Notes: generated by a model not told the origin, from the letters alone. DNA of 64,000 nucleotides from an uncultured Nitrososphaerota archaeon (GCA_963718895.1 CAVRAG010000008.1:1216001-1280000), one strand, 5' to 3'. Shown: positions 28,236-38,153, counted from the first letter of the stretch. Numbers and translations are program-made.

Positions 28236-28793
28236 CTACTCCTTGCCCATTATTGATGCGCGTACTTTCTCATCGTGGTTGCGGAGCATCTCCTCGAAGG
28301 TGAGGTCGAGCTCGAAGTTCCCGTCCTCGCTCTCTGCCTTGAAACCTCCAATCGCTGGAAGGTCCGCAGAGAGAACTCTGGCGCCGACCTTCTTGAACGT
28401 CTGGGCGTCTGCCGCCCTGCACCTCACCCCAATGTTCCCGCCGAGCCTCTTCGAGGCATATTGGACCAGCCTCGGGAGGAGCTGAGGATACTCCTTCGAA
28501 TCGGCAAACTCGGCCAGGACCTGCCTGAGCGCGGAGATGTTCGACTCGAGCATCTTCTCCGTCGCGTCGAAGCCCATCTTCTTGACCTGGAGCTTCGCGG
28601 CCCCGGCTATGCGCGCCTGTTCCTTTTGCGAGAGCAACGCAGCCTCTGTCTTGGAGGCCTCGATTATGCGGTTCCGCTCATCCGACGTGCGCTTGCGGAC
28701 TTCAGCCGTCTTGGCACCGTACTCATCCTCGAGCTGCTTGAGAGCCGCCTTCCGTTTCTCCTCAACCTCCTTCAGTAAGGTCTCGGTGCCCAC
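28236..28793 (-). CDS. atpE: A/V-type ATP synthase subunit E
   Basis: N-terminal coiled coil, IGGF...DLTFE. Confidence 0.9.
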   Translation of the reverse strand: MGTETLLKEVEEKRKAALKQLEDEYGAKTAEVRKRTSDERNRIIEASKTEAALLSQKEQARIAGAAKLQVKKMGFDATEKMLESNISALRQVLAEFADSKEYPQLLPRLVQYASKRLGGNIGVRCRAADAQTFKKVGARVLSADLPAIGGFKAESEDGNFELDLTFEEMLRNHDEKVRASIMGKE

Positions 28794-28811
28794 AAGGAAC
28801 CAGTCCGTCCC

Positions 28812-29036
28812 TTACAGGATGTTGAGTAGCAGTATGACGCCCAAGACGAACCCGATGATCCAGAGTGTCTCGGGGATGACGAAGAAGAATAGTACCGTGC
28901 CGAACTTCTCCGGCTTCTCACCGATGATGCCCATTCCCGCGGCTCCCATCCCGTGCTGAGCAATGCCAGTGGCGATCAGGCCCGAGGACATTACCATGGC
29001 CGCTGCTAGAGCTAGAGTTGTATCGACGACTACCAT
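28812..29036 (-). CDS. atpK: A/V-type ATP synthase proteolipid subunit K (c), single hairpin
   Basis: GIAQ..MGAAGMG..GEKPE..IPET with conserved Glu. Confidence 0.95.
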   Translation of the reverse strand: MVVVDTTLALAAAMVMSSGLIATGIAQHGMGAAGMGIIGEKPEKFGTVLFFFVIPETLWIIGFVLGVILLLNIL

Positions 29037-29168
29037 CTCTAAAGTCGTGCGGAGCGCCGATAAACCGTATTTATGTATATCTGTGGGAACAATCGCGAAT
29101 TCTCTCTCGCAGACAGTTTGGCCCGAGCCTGAGACGTCGCGTCGCCTGTCTTGGGCTCCATCTCTGGC

Positions 29169-30476
29169 TCAGTGCTCGGCCTCGGGCCCGCGACCCTCGC
29201 TGGAGAGCCTCATCGTGATGAAGGCCGCGACGCCCACCAGCAGGCCGGCGAGGATGAACGTGACGTGGAAGCCCAAGAAGTGGGAGACGAGCCCCGAGAC
29301 GACCGAGCCGACCGTGGTAGAGACTCCTACTATGGCGCTGTAGACCCCCAGGGACGACCCGTGGTTGTTCCCCCTTATCGAGTTGAAGACCATCGTGTTC
29401 GACGCGGTGTAGTATATCCCGTAGGCGACCCCGCTCGAGACAGGAAAGAGGATGAGCGCGGGGACGAAGAACCAGGTCCCGGCCACGAAGATGGAGACGA
29501 ACCCGAGGGCTGCGTAGCAGGCGCCCCTCAGGACGAGGCTCTGGACGGCGACTCTTGTCAGCGACCTGTTCGCTATGTAGCGCCCGGCGTACCTGAACGA
29601 GAAGACCGTGGCGACGAGCGCGGCGACGTTGAGCGTGTACACCTCGCTCTCGGTGAGCGAGTGCGAGTAGAACGAGGGGACCAGGGACGTGTTGAAAATC
29701 CCCCCGGCAAAGTAGAACACGACGATCGAGATGTAGAGCAGGGGGACGTAGCTGGTAAGCTCGTTTTGGAGACCCTTGAAGAGCCGCTGGAAGTCGGAGG
29801 GCCGGGGGACGTTGAGGAAGATGAGCGGGGATGCGGAGAGCCTCTGGAAGAATCCCGGCCGCTGCATGACGACGATCTCCTTCTCGAAGAGGAACGTCGG
29901 CTCCTGCATCAGTAGCGCGGCCGACGCCGCCGAGATGAGCGAGAGCAGGCCCAGAGGGATCATTAGCCAGACCGTCAGGTCCGGAAGGAACTGGGCCCAC
30001 GCGGCGCTGACGACGTAGCCGAGGATAGAGCCGACCGTCGACATGAGGGACAGCCTCGCGAACCCCGAGGCCCAGCGGCTCTTCGTCTCGGTCTCCATGA
30101 TGAGCAGGTTCAGTGGTGTGGCAGAGGCGGCGGAGATGAAGGAGACCAGGGAATAGACGAAGATCACCCCTGTGGTCGAGTTGGCGAAGAAGAAGGAGAA
30201 GAGGTAGATCGAAGTTATGGCATAGCTGGTCACGATGATGAGCCTCCGCCGGTGAAGCCTGTCGGTTACGATTCCCCAGATGATGGCGGCGGGGATGCTG
30301 ACGGCGCTGAAGAGCGAGAGAGCGACCGTGACATAGACGGTCCCCTCCTGGACCCCGTTGACGTGGAGCAGATAGAGCTGGACGTAGGTCCCGATGGGGC
30401 CAAGCGCTATGTTCACAGGAAGCGTCGAGTATACCCAGTCGATTCTCTTTCGTGGTGCCTTCTGTTTGGTGGACAA
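29169..30476 (-). CDS. MFS transporter
   Basis: WGIVTDRLHRRR motif A; ~12 TM. Confidence 0.9.
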   Translation of the reverse strand: MSTKQKAPRKRIDWVYSTLPVNIALGPIGTYVQLYLLHVNGVQEGTVYVTVALSLFSAVSIPAAIIWGIVTDRLHRRRLIIVTSYAITSIYLFSFFFANSTTGVIFVYSLVSFISAASATPLNLLIMETETKSRWASGFARLSLMSTVGSILGYVVSAAWAQFLPDLTVWLMIPLGLLSLISAASAALLMQEPTFLFEKEIVVMQRPGFFQRLSASPLIFLNVPRPSDFQRLFKGLQNELTSYVPLLYISIVVFYFAGGIFNTSLVPSFYSHSLTESEVYTLNVAALVATVFSFRYAGRYIANRSLTRVAVQSLVLRGACYAALGFVSIFVAGTWFFVPALILFPVSSGVAYGIYYTASNTMVFNSIRGNNHGSSLGVYSAIVGVSTTVGSVVSGLVSHFLGFHVTFILAGLLVGVAAFITMRLSSEGRGPEAEH

Positions 30477-30565
30477 TCGATTGTGGCGACCCTTCCTCGG
30501 ACTTGTTACGGACCCGGCGGCATGGTCATAAAGACATATACCGCGAGGCTCTGACGGAAGAGAGC

Positions 30566-30955
30566 TTGGTCTCGACGAGCGGCTTCATGCTTGGCGTAAT
30601 CGGGGGGTTGCTAGACTTCGCCTCAGCGACCAGCGTAGTCATCAACCAAGGAGGCAGCGGCATGATGAACGGCTATCTCCTCTCCCCCGACGGGTGGGCC
30701 GTGGTCCTCGTCGGCCTCGGCATCCTGGTGGTAGCCGTGGCGGTCCTCTCGGCGACCTCGACCGGGGTGATGCACCTGAAGGGCTTCTCCCTGCTCATGG
30801 TGCTCCTCGGGTTCCTCATGGCGGTCATCGGCACACTCATGTCAGCGGGCTCGGTCGAGGGGTCGTCGACGATCTACAGCTACGGGATGGTGATCGTGGG
30901 AGCGCTGATGGCTATAAACGGCGCCTTGATGCTCAGGACTCCGATGCCGATCTAG
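30566..30955 (+). CDS. Four-TM membrane protein
   Basis: Hydrophobic segments; TTG start inferred. Confidence 0.6.
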   Translation: MVSTSGFMLGVIGGLLDFASATSVVINQGGSGMMNGYLLSPDGWAVVLVGLGILVVAVAVLSATSTGVMHLKGFSLLMVLLGFLMAVIGTLMSAGSVEGSSTIYSYGMVIVGALMAINGALMLRTPMPI

Positions 30956-31014
30956 GTACGCGGCATTCGTGATCGCGCTGGGGAACGGGTGTCGCTGCCG
31001 GAACTGGAAGGCCC

Positions 31015-31308
31015 CTAGCTCCAGTGACCTTCAGGCGTGACGTCCTCTTCCATGACTCTCTTGAAGATGTACATCGATGCGAAGACGAGCACGACGACTA
31101 TGGCTATGTAAATCGGGACGAAAAACAAAGTCGACTGGGTCGGAACTGGGCCTTGGTTGCTTGGGAGGAGCGCCGTCGCGGCGAACGCGATGAGGACCAG
31201 AATCGAGCCTATCGGAACTGCGATGCGGATCATACGCGGCAGGACGGATGGGGCGGCCCCTTTGTTATGCGCGGGTTCTTCGTTGTTCTCGGGCACGTCT
31301 GTGACCAT
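31015..31308 (-). CDS. Two-TM membrane protein
   Basis: Two hydrophobic helices. Confidence 0.6.
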   Translation of the reverse strand: MVTDVPENNEEPAHNKGAAPSVLPRMIRIAVPIGSILVLIAFAATALLPSNQGPVPTQSTLFFVPIYIAIVVVLVFASMYIFKRVMEEDVTPEGHWS

Positions 31309-31404
31309 TACGCCCGAGGTATTTCATGTTTTTCCTTCCTCCCGGGGCTCGGGGCCGGCCGGATAGCTTCGACACGGCAAGGGGCCCAGCGGGCGTGATG
31401 GGTC

Positions 31405-31737
31405 TCAGGTGGTCAGCCGAAGGATCGCTTTGGCGACCTCGCCGTCAGACTCCTCGAGCGCTATCACGGCCTTCTCCTTGGTGACGTTCGCCTGCTGCTG
31501 AACTAGCAGTATGTCCTCGTCCGAGAACTTCTTCCTCTCCCTCTCAACCTCCTCCACCTCGCCCATAACCTGGAATATGCGGCTCCCCTGGGCGTTGACT
31601 TCGGAGACCTGGGCGCCCGTGATGTGGATGTCCTTCGAGGAGGTCTTGATCACCACCTCCTCGACGTCAGCGATCTCCTTCATGTTGATGCCCATCCGGT
31701 CCATCATGCGGCGGGTCTTCCTGTCATCCAGTTTCAT
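31405..31737 (-). CDS. nac: Nascent polypeptide-associated complex protein
   Basis: RMMDRMGINM...EEVVIK, EDILLV.QQANV...GEVAKAIL (UBA). Confidence 0.95.
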   Translation of the reverse strand: MKLDDRKTRRMMDRMGINMKEIADVEEVVIKTSSKDIHITGAQVSEVNAQGSRIFQVMGEVEEVERERKKFSDEDILLVQQQANVTKEKAVIALEESDGEVAKAILRLTT

Positions 31738-32219
31738 TCGTGAGCACTCCTCACCTTGACCGCCACCCCTGCCTTAAACTCTCTCATGAATGCGCCTGGG
31801 ACCTTCGCCCTTCCCACGGCTATCGGCGACCCGCGCTCGTCCAATACCACGACCTCCCCTCCGGGAAGGACGTGCTTGCCGGTCCTCACGACGAACTTGC
31901 AGAAGACGGACTTGCCCATGCGCACGAACCTGGCCGCCTCATCGCTCACCGTCACCGAGTTCTGCATGAACGCTCGGGAGGAGGCCAGGAGGCGGGCTGC
32001 ATACAGCGAGAGCGCTATGGCCCCGTTCGGCCTGACGACGGCGAAGATCTTCCCCTCGTGCATGACCTCCTTGAGTCGGTCGGACTTGCGCGAGTAGAGA
32101 TAGTCGAGGCCGTCCCGTGGGAGGGCGCCGCTCGTCCCCCTGCCGAACTCGTAGTCGAGCATCAGCGAGAACCTCCTCCGTTCGTCCAACAGCCTCAAGG
32201 CGTGACCGCCGCCGGTCAC
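31734..32219 (-). CDS. PUA-domain RNA-binding protein (ArcTGT C-terminal-like)
   Basis: DYEFG.G, GKSVFCKFV, EVVVLDE, AVGRA, AVKVR. Confidence 0.85.
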   Translation of the reverse strand: MTGGGHALRLLDERRRFSLMLDYEFGRGTSGALPRDGLDYLYSRKSDRLKEVMHEGKIFAVVRPNGAIALSLYAARLLASSRAFMQNSVTVSDEAARFVRMGKSVFCKFVVRTGKHVLPGGEVVVLDERGSPIAVGRAKVPGAFMREFKAGVAVKVRSAHE

Positions 32220-32290
32220 CGTGTTAAAAGGCTGTGCGCGGGGCTTTCGAGAGCTTTTTAAGGCGAAGCGATTTCGAAACTCCGGTTTCT

Positions 32291-32725
32291 ATGAGAGCAG
32301 CTTGCGAGGTCTGCGGCGGTCCCATGAGGACCGGGCCCAACAAGGTCGAGATTGACGGCGCGATCATGGTCGTCTGCAGTGGCTGCTCGAGGCTCGGGAG
32401 GGCGGTGGGGGGAGCCATCGTGAGGGAGACGCATGTCCGACCGATCCAGGCCAGCTTCAGACCGGCGGCCGCACCGGTGGCCTCCGAACCGGAGTATGAG
32501 ATGGATCCTGACTACAACGTGAAGATAAGACAAGCGAGAGAGAAGATGGGCCTCTCTCAGGAGGATCTCGGCAGGATCCTCAACGAGAAGCCGTCGGTCA
32601 TCAGGATGGTGGAGTCGAAGAAGCTCAAGCCGGACGCAGTCCTGACGCGGAAGCTCACGCACCAGCTGAAGGTCACGCTCCTTATCCCCCTGTCCGAACT
32701 GGAAGGGGGGAAAGTCGGCGCCTGA
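32291..32725 (+). CDS. mbf1: Archaeal multiprotein bridging factor aMBF1
   Basis: CEVCG...VCSGC Zn ribbon + HTH (IRQAREKMGLSQEDLG). Confidence 0.92.
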   Translation: MRAACEVCGGPMRTGPNKVEIDGAIMVVCSGCSRLGRAVGGAIVRETHVRPIQASFRPAAAPVASEPEYEMDPDYNVKIRQAREKMGLSQEDLGRILNEKPSVIRMVESKKLKPDAVLTRKLTHQLKVTLLIPLSELEGGKVGA

Positions 32726-32770
32726 GATAGCCAAGGAACCCCGGAGACCGAGGACTCTCATGGGCCTCTG

Positions 32771-33322
32771 GTGGAGAAGGACCTCTTGAACACAGTTAGG
32801 AGCATCAGGATACTCAGAATCGGACACAGGTACGTCAGGGACTACCGGACCCTCACCCACCTCTGTCTCGTCTCGCGCGCCCTAGGGGCTGAGGTCGTCT
32901 ACCTCGAGGAGATCGACGACGGGCTCCTTGAGGGGATAGGGGAGGTCAACGACGCCTGGGGTGGCGGCTTCCAGGTGCTCAAGGTCCCATCCTGGAGGTC
33001 CGCGGTCTCCGAGGCGAAGAAGGAAGGGAGGACCGTGGTCCATCTGACCATGTACGGCATGCCGCTCCAGGACAGGGTCGAGGAGCTCAGGAGGAGCTCG
33101 AAGCTCCTCGTGGCCGTGGGCGGCCCCAAGGTCCCGGCGGAGGCCTACCACCTTTCCGACTACAACATCGCCGTGACGTCGCAGCCGCACTCTGAGATTG
33201 CCGCCCTGGCGATAGTGCTCCACGAGCTGCAGGAGGGGGAAGAACTTAAGAAGGAGTTTGGCCCCGCTAAAATGAAGATAATTCCTTCTGAAAAAGGCAA
33301 AAAGGTTGAGAAACTAGCGTGA
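32771..33322 (+). CDS. trm56: tRNA (cytidine56-2'-O)-methyltransferase
   Basis: LRIGHR..RD.R..TH, VHLTMYG, QPHSEIAALA. Confidence 0.95.
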   Translation: MEKDLLNTVRSIRILRIGHRYVRDYRTLTHLCLVSRALGAEVVYLEEIDDGLLEGIGEVNDAWGGGFQVLKVPSWRSAVSEAKKEGRTVVHLTMYGMPLQDRVEELRRSSKLLVAVGGPKVPAEAYHLSDYNIAVTSQPHSEIAALAIVLHELQEGEELKKEFGPAKMKIIPSEKGKKVEKLA

Positions 33323-33828
33323 AAATAGAGTATGAGGATACATTCGTCAAGGTAGCCGGGCTCATCGGGGGTCCGGACTACGTGAGGGTAGCCAGGGCCC
33401 TCCTGAACAACGAGAACGCGACCGACGAGGAGATAGCCTCGGCCACCGGCCTGAAGATAAAGACCGTAAGGAAGGCGCTCTACGACCTCTTCGGCAGGTC
33501 CCTGATAACGGGCGTCAGGGTCAGGGACCCGAAGAGGGGCTGGTTCGTCTACAGGTGGAAGGCGCAGCGCGACCAGACCGACGGCTTCATTCAGACGCAG
33601 AAGAAGAAGATACTGAAGAGGCTGCTGCAGCGCCTGGAGTACGAGGAGGCGCACGAGTTCTACCACTGCGGGACCCAGACGTGCGTGACCCGGACCTTCG
33701 AGGAGTCGATGGAGTCCTTCTTCAAGTGCCCGACCTGCCAGCGGCCCCTCAACAGGATCGACAACGCCGACCTGAAAGCGGCTCTGCGCTGGAAGATCAA
33801 GCAGCTCGAAGAGGACATCAGCAAGTGA
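33319..33828 (+). CDS. tfe: Transcription factor E alpha subunit
   Basis: TDEEIA...VRKALY.L, GWFVYRW, FKCPTC. Confidence 0.95.
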   Translation: MKIEYEDTFVKVAGLIGGPDYVRVARALLNNENATDEEIASATGLKIKTVRKALYDLFGRSLITGVRVRDPKRGWFVYRWKAQRDQTDGFIQTQKKKILKRLLQRLEYEEAHEFYHCGTQTCVTRTFEESMESFFKCPTCQRPLNRIDNADLKAALRWKIKQLEEDISK

Positions 33829-34370
33829 TCCCGGACGAGAGACAGGCGCTCGCACTACACGCCAAGTACGGGAGCAGCGAGCGCATAGTCGAGCACTGCA
33901 GGACCGTCGCCAGAGTCTCAATGGTCCTCAGTGACGCGTTTGTGGCGCACGGCAAGAGCATCGATTCGAAGGCCGTACTCGCGGGCGCGCTCCTGCACGA
34001 CATCGGGAGGAGCAGGGTCCAGACCGTGGAGCATGGGTATGTCGGCGCGAAGATCCTCGAGGAGGAAGGGGTCGATGCGGTCGTCGTCGAGATAGTCAGG
34101 CGGCACGTCGGGGCAGGAATCTCGGAAGAGGAGGCGGCCTCGCTCGGGTTTCCAAAGGCGGATTACATCCCGCGTACCCTCGAGGAGAGGGTGGTCTGCT
34201 TCGCGGACAAGATGGTCAGCTCGGACACCGTGAGGCCGTTCGAGGAGGAGGTGAAGAGGTTCGAGAGGAAGGGGCACGATGTGCGGAGGCTGATTGCGCT
34301 CAAAGATAGCCTACAAGACGAACTCGGTGAGGATCCAGACAAATTCTTACTCGAGTCCGCTAAGACCTGA
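33825..34370 (+). CDS. HD-domain protein (HDIG)
   Basis: EHC, LLHDIGRS, RHVGAG, FADK; GTG overlaps the tfe stop. Confidence 0.9.
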   Translation: MIPDERQALALHAKYGSSERIVEHCRTVARVSMVLSDAFVAHGKSIDSKAVLAGALLHDIGRSRVQTVEHGYVGAKILEEEGVDAVVVEIVRRHVGAGISEEEAASLGFPKADYIPRTLEERVVCFADKMVSSDTVRPFEEEVKRFERKGHDVRRLIALKDSLQDELGEDPDKFLLESAKT

Positions 34371-34420
34371 TACGTCTCCGCCTAGTGTGGAGCTTATAGG
34401 CAGAGACAACCTCACAGGTC

Positions 34421-34837
34421 ATGAGTTTCGATTCCGGTGTAACCGAGCTTGAACTTGGATGGCTCACTGGACTGATAGATGGCGAAGGATGTATCCACGT
34501 GGCCTATTCGAAGAGAGATAATCTGACGTTCCCTCGTTTGCGAATCTATGGCACGTCGAAGCCTATCATTGAACGTGCTTGCCAGATTATGCGAATAAAT
34601 CCATCCCCGCGAAGAGATCACGGCAAGCTGCTGGGATGGAATGCGCAGGTTACTTCTCGTAAGGCGGTTTTCCTAATCAAGGACATCGGGCCTAGACTGC
34701 TTGATCCCTCAAAGAAGTGCCGTGCCTTAACGATTCTGAAGGTCTTCAGCAAAAGTGGAAGCATGCACGGGAGGTTTTCGTCAGCCCAAGTCTTCTCGCA
34801 TTGTCCACCGCCCCTCAGGTTCAGAGTTAGAAGATAG
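34421..34837 (+). CDS. Single-motif LAGLIDADG endonuclease-like protein
   Basis: LGWLTGLIDGEGCI; lower GC. Confidence 0.8.
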   Translation: MSFDSGVTELELGWLTGLIDGEGCIHVAYSKRDNLTFPRLRIYGTSKPIIERACQIMRINPSPRRDHGKLLGWNAQVTSRKAVFLIKDIGPRLLDPSKKCRALTILKVFSKSGSMHGRFSSAQVFSHCPPPLRFRVRR

Positions 34838-34914
34838 ATCTGGGTCGAAGAACTCCGTCCCTAGAGAGCCGCAACGGGTGGGAGAACAGCATTGAGATAG
34901 GTGATTGATAGGCT

Positions 34915-35349
34915 TTGAGTATTGCTTTGGAGTGTGATACCTTTGACAAGGGATGGCTCTGCGGAATCGTAGATGGTGAGGGATATATCCACATCCGATT
35001 TAGAGGCGATCGTGGAACGACATACCCTCGCTTGAGGGTATTTGTCAAGTCGAAACCCATTATCGATGAGGTAGGGCGACTCATGGCCGTCAACCCATAC
35101 CCTAGGCGTCGTCACGGAAGACAGATTGGATGGTATGCCTCGGTTTCGCATCTCTAGGCGTTGCGGGTTCTTCGGCTACTTACTCCACACTTGACAGACC
35201 CTTCAAAACATTGTAGAGCCAATCGGATACTCGCCTCCTTCGGAAGCGTCGGAAGCATCCGCGGAAGATTGAGCAGTTCTGATTTCTTCAGCGACTGTCC
35301 TCCCCCTTCAAGAGTTCGAAAATCCAGAAGGATAATAAACAGCAAATAA
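34915..35349 (+). pseudogene. Tandem paralog LAGLIDADG protein with in-frame TAG at 35155-35157
   Basis: GWLCGIVDGEGYI; similarity to 34421-34837 continues in frame past the stop (DPSK.CRA..IL..F...CPPP). Confidence 0.75.
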
Positions 35350-35361
35350 TCTGCTGCGGCT

Positions 35362-35475
35362 AGCGAGGTGGGGAAGCCAGGTCATCCCGGCGGGCTCATA
35401 AGCTTCGGCAGAGAGACCCGCAGACCGGAGATCGAGCTAAAATCTCGACCGGGGGTTCAAATCCTCCCCTCGCTA
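35362..35475 (+). tRNA. Initiator tRNA-Met(CAT) with two introns (37/38: 35401-35415; T-stem ~52/53: 35431-35454)
   Basis: A1:U72 acceptor AGCGAGG/CCTCGCT, GCGGG/CCCGC anticodon stem, CTCATA loop; BHB-like junctions. Confidence 0.9.
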
Positions 35476-35673
35476 CTCCTTCTTACTGAAATCTGTCTGG
35501 ACTGCAATAGCCGAAGCGGGATTTGATGAGGCCGCAGTCATAGCTTCGCCAATGATGCAAGCGTAAATCGCTGGAGTGTCACAGCCAATCAAGAGGACGT
35601 GGCATTTGAGTACTTTGCCCCCCAAATGATTATCATGAAGGCCCACTGTGAGGAAAGACAGGCTCGGGGGAAG

Positions 35674-36891
35674 ATGAGTCTCTATAGAACAGGTGCAAGC
35701 AGAACGAAGATAGGGATTGTTGTCGTGGTGGCAGCGATCGTAATCGCTACGGCGATGCTCGCTCCCGGCTTCGGCGGAAGATCCGGAACCACAACGACGA
35801 CTGCTGCTAGCCAAACGACGACTACTACACCTTCAGCTACCGAGGCCGCTGCGTCCATCAACGGCTGCGGGGGAACCCTGGTGTCCCCGTTGATGACGTC
35901 TTGGATAACAGTGTACGCGTCTGTCCAGCCGAACGTCCAAGTGTCTTACACAACAGAGGGAGGTACAATGGGGACAGCCTATACTACCACAAGGAGCCCA
36001 TGTCAATTCGGGGAGAGTGACACTTCTATTGCATCTACGCAATATACACTTCTTCCGACCGGTTCGAACCTTCTAACTATCCCGATATCTGACAGCGGAA
36101 TCGTACCTGCCTACAACCTCCCAGGAGTCACAGCACACCTGAATTTCACGGGTAACGTGCTCGCCGAGATTTTCTACGGGACGATTAACCAATGGAACGA
36201 CCCCCAAATAGCCTCCCTCAACCCTCACGTCACGCTCCCAGCGCATGCGATTCAATTGTACCACAGGTCCGACGTTAGCGGGAGCTCGTATGCATTCACC
36301 CAATACCTTTCAGACTCGAACTCCACCTGGGGGACCAATGTTGGATACGGCACCTCCGTCAACTGGCCCACTGGAATCGGATGCCCACACAACGATGGCG
36401 TAGCTAGATGCATAGCGGACAACCAGTACTCCATAGGGCCTTTGGAGGTTGCCTATGAGATCACCAACCCCGGCCAAATCAACTACGGAGCCGTCCAGAA
36501 TCACGCTGGAAACTTCAGCCTGGCTAACCTCCATACCATCCAGCTCGCCATGGATGCGGGCATAAAGAGTGGCTTCCCTGCGACACCCTCGCAGTGGTCG
36601 TCCTTCTCCATAATCAACAACATCTTCAACGACTCTGCGGACGCTGGCATCTATCCGATCACCACCTTCGCCTATGCCTTGATCTACCAGAACCTCAGTG
36701 CATCATACGCCAACACGAGTCGAGCCCAAGCTGTGGCCACTGTCAGCTTCCTCTTGTGGGTTGTGAACTCTGGCCAGAAATCCGGGGGCCCTCTGGGCTA
36801 TCCTGCGCTCCCGTCTAGCGCCGTCACCCTCGACGATCAAGTCCTTAGCTCAATCACCTACAACGAAACTCCGGTGTACACCGGACCCTAG
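35674..36891 (+). CDS. Divergent PstS-like oxyanion-binding protein (orphan)
   Basis: TM + Thr linker; IVPAYNLPG, WNDPQIASLNP, HRSD.SG, YPITTF; no pstCAB nearby. Confidence 0.85.
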   Translation: MSLYRTGASRTKIGIVVVVAAIVIATAMLAPGFGGRSGTTTTTAASQTTTTTPSATEAAASINGCGGTLVSPLMTSWITVYASVQPNVQVSYTTEGGTMGTAYTTTRSPCQFGESDTSIASTQYTLLPTGSNLLTIPISDSGIVPAYNLPGVTAHLNFTGNVLAEIFYGTINQWNDPQIASLNPHVTLPAHAIQLYHRSDVSGSSYAFTQYLSDSNSTWGTNVGYGTSVNWPTGIGCPHNDGVARCIADNQYSIGPLEVAYEITNPGQINYGAVQNHAGNFSLANLHTIQLAMDAGIKSGFPATPSQWSSFSIINNIFNDSADAGIYPITTFAYALIYQNLSASYANTSRAQAVATVSFLLWVVNSGQKSGGPLGYPALPSSAVTLDDQVLSSITYNETPVYTGP

Positions 36892-36962
36892 CCGAGGCGG
36901 AATCTTGGCGAAAGCCGAAATATGGTCCCCTCGCTACTACTTTTCGAACAACCCTTAACAGG

Positions 36963-38153
36963 GTGGGTACCAACCTACGCGTGTTGACCAAGGACTCCAC
37001 CCGGTCGGTCCACGGGACCGAGGAGCTCGACAGGAGCACGGGTTCCGTGCTCGCGCCGATCTACCAGACAGTTACCTTCGGCTTCAGGAAGGCCGAGGAC
37101 GTGGGGAGGGCGGTCAGGGGCGAGACCGACGACTTCGTCTACACCCGCTGGGACAACCCGACCACCCGCATCCTCGAGAGGAAGCTGGCCGACCTCGAGG
37201 GCGCCCAGGCGTGCGCCTTCTTCTCGTCGGGGATGGCCGCGATCTCGACCGCGGTGATGGCCAACGTCAAGAAGGGCGACCACGTCCTGGCGACGAGGGA
37301 CCTGTACGGGGAGACCTACAGGCTGATTCACGACATCCTCCCGCAGTTCGGCGTCCGGACGACCCTCGTCGACACCGAGGACCTCGAGGCAATGAGGCGG
37401 AGTGTCAGGCCGAACACGAAGATCGTGTACGTGGAGACCCCGACCAACCCCACGCTGAAGCTGGTCGACATACGCGGGGCCGCCAAGATAGCGCGCTCGG
37501 TCGGCGCAACGCTCATGGTCGACAACACGTTCTCCTCCCCCCTGGGCCAGCTTCCCCTGAAGCTCGGGGCGGACATTGTCGTCCACGGCGCTACGAAGTA
37601 CCTCAACGGCCACTCGGACGTGATGGCGGGCGCGGCAGCCGGGAAGAAGGACGCGATTCAGAGCATCAGGAGGATGAGGAAGGTGCTCGGCGGGACCCTC
37701 GACCCGCACGCGGCCTTCCTGGTCATCCGCGGGATCAAGACGCTCGCCATTAGGATGGAGAAGCACAACAAGAGCGCGGCGGCCCTGACCGCCTTCCTCG
37801 AGTCCCATGAGAAGGTGCGCAGGGTGAACTACCCGGGGCTCGAGAGCCACCCGCAGCACGACCTCGCGAAGAGGCAGATGAGCGGCTACGGCGGGATGTT
37901 CAGCTTCGAGCTGAAGGGCAGCATGAAGGACGCGATGCGCTTCACCGAGTCCCTGAGGGTCGCGACCCTGGGCGCGAGCCTGGGCGCCGTCGAGACCCTC
38001 GTCGTGCAGCCGGCGACGATGACGCACACGCAGCTTACCCCAGAGGACCGTCGGAGGACCGGCATCTCGGACACCCTGATCCGGGTCTCCGTCGGGATAG
38101 AGGACGCCGAGGACCTCATCGACGACTTCGAGCAGGCACTCGCAAAGGTCTGA
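36963..38153 (+). CDS. PLP-dependent trans-sulfuration enzyme (cystathionine gamma-synthase/methionine gamma-lyase family)
   Basis: YTRWDNPT, SSGMAAI, ETPTNP, DNTF, ATKYLNGHSD, SLGAVETL. Confidence 0.95.
   Translation: MGTNLRVLTKDSTRSVHGTEELDRSTGSVLAPIYQTVTFGFRKAEDVGRAVRGETDDFVYTRWDNPTTRILERKLADLEGAQACAFFSSGMAAISTAVMANVKKGDHVLATRDLYGETYRLIHDILPQFGVRTTLVDTEDLEAMRRSVRPNTKIVYVETPTNPTLKLVDIRGAAKIARSVGATLMVDNTFSSPLGQLPLKLGADIVVHGATKYLNGHSDVMAGAAAGKKDAIQSIRRMRKVLGGTLDPHAAFLVIRGIKTLAIRMEKHNKSAAALTAFLESHEKVRRVNYPGLESHPQHDLAKRQMSGYGGMFSFELKGSMKDAMRFTESLRVATLGASLGAVETLVVQPATMTHTQLTPEDRRRTGISDTLIRVSVGIEDAEDLIDDFEQALAKV

Noticed and set aside
35155-35157. In-frame TAG as pyrrolysine/recoding
   Set aside because: No pyl genes in the window, TAG is used as a normal stop elsewhere, and a single AAG-to-TAG change explains it
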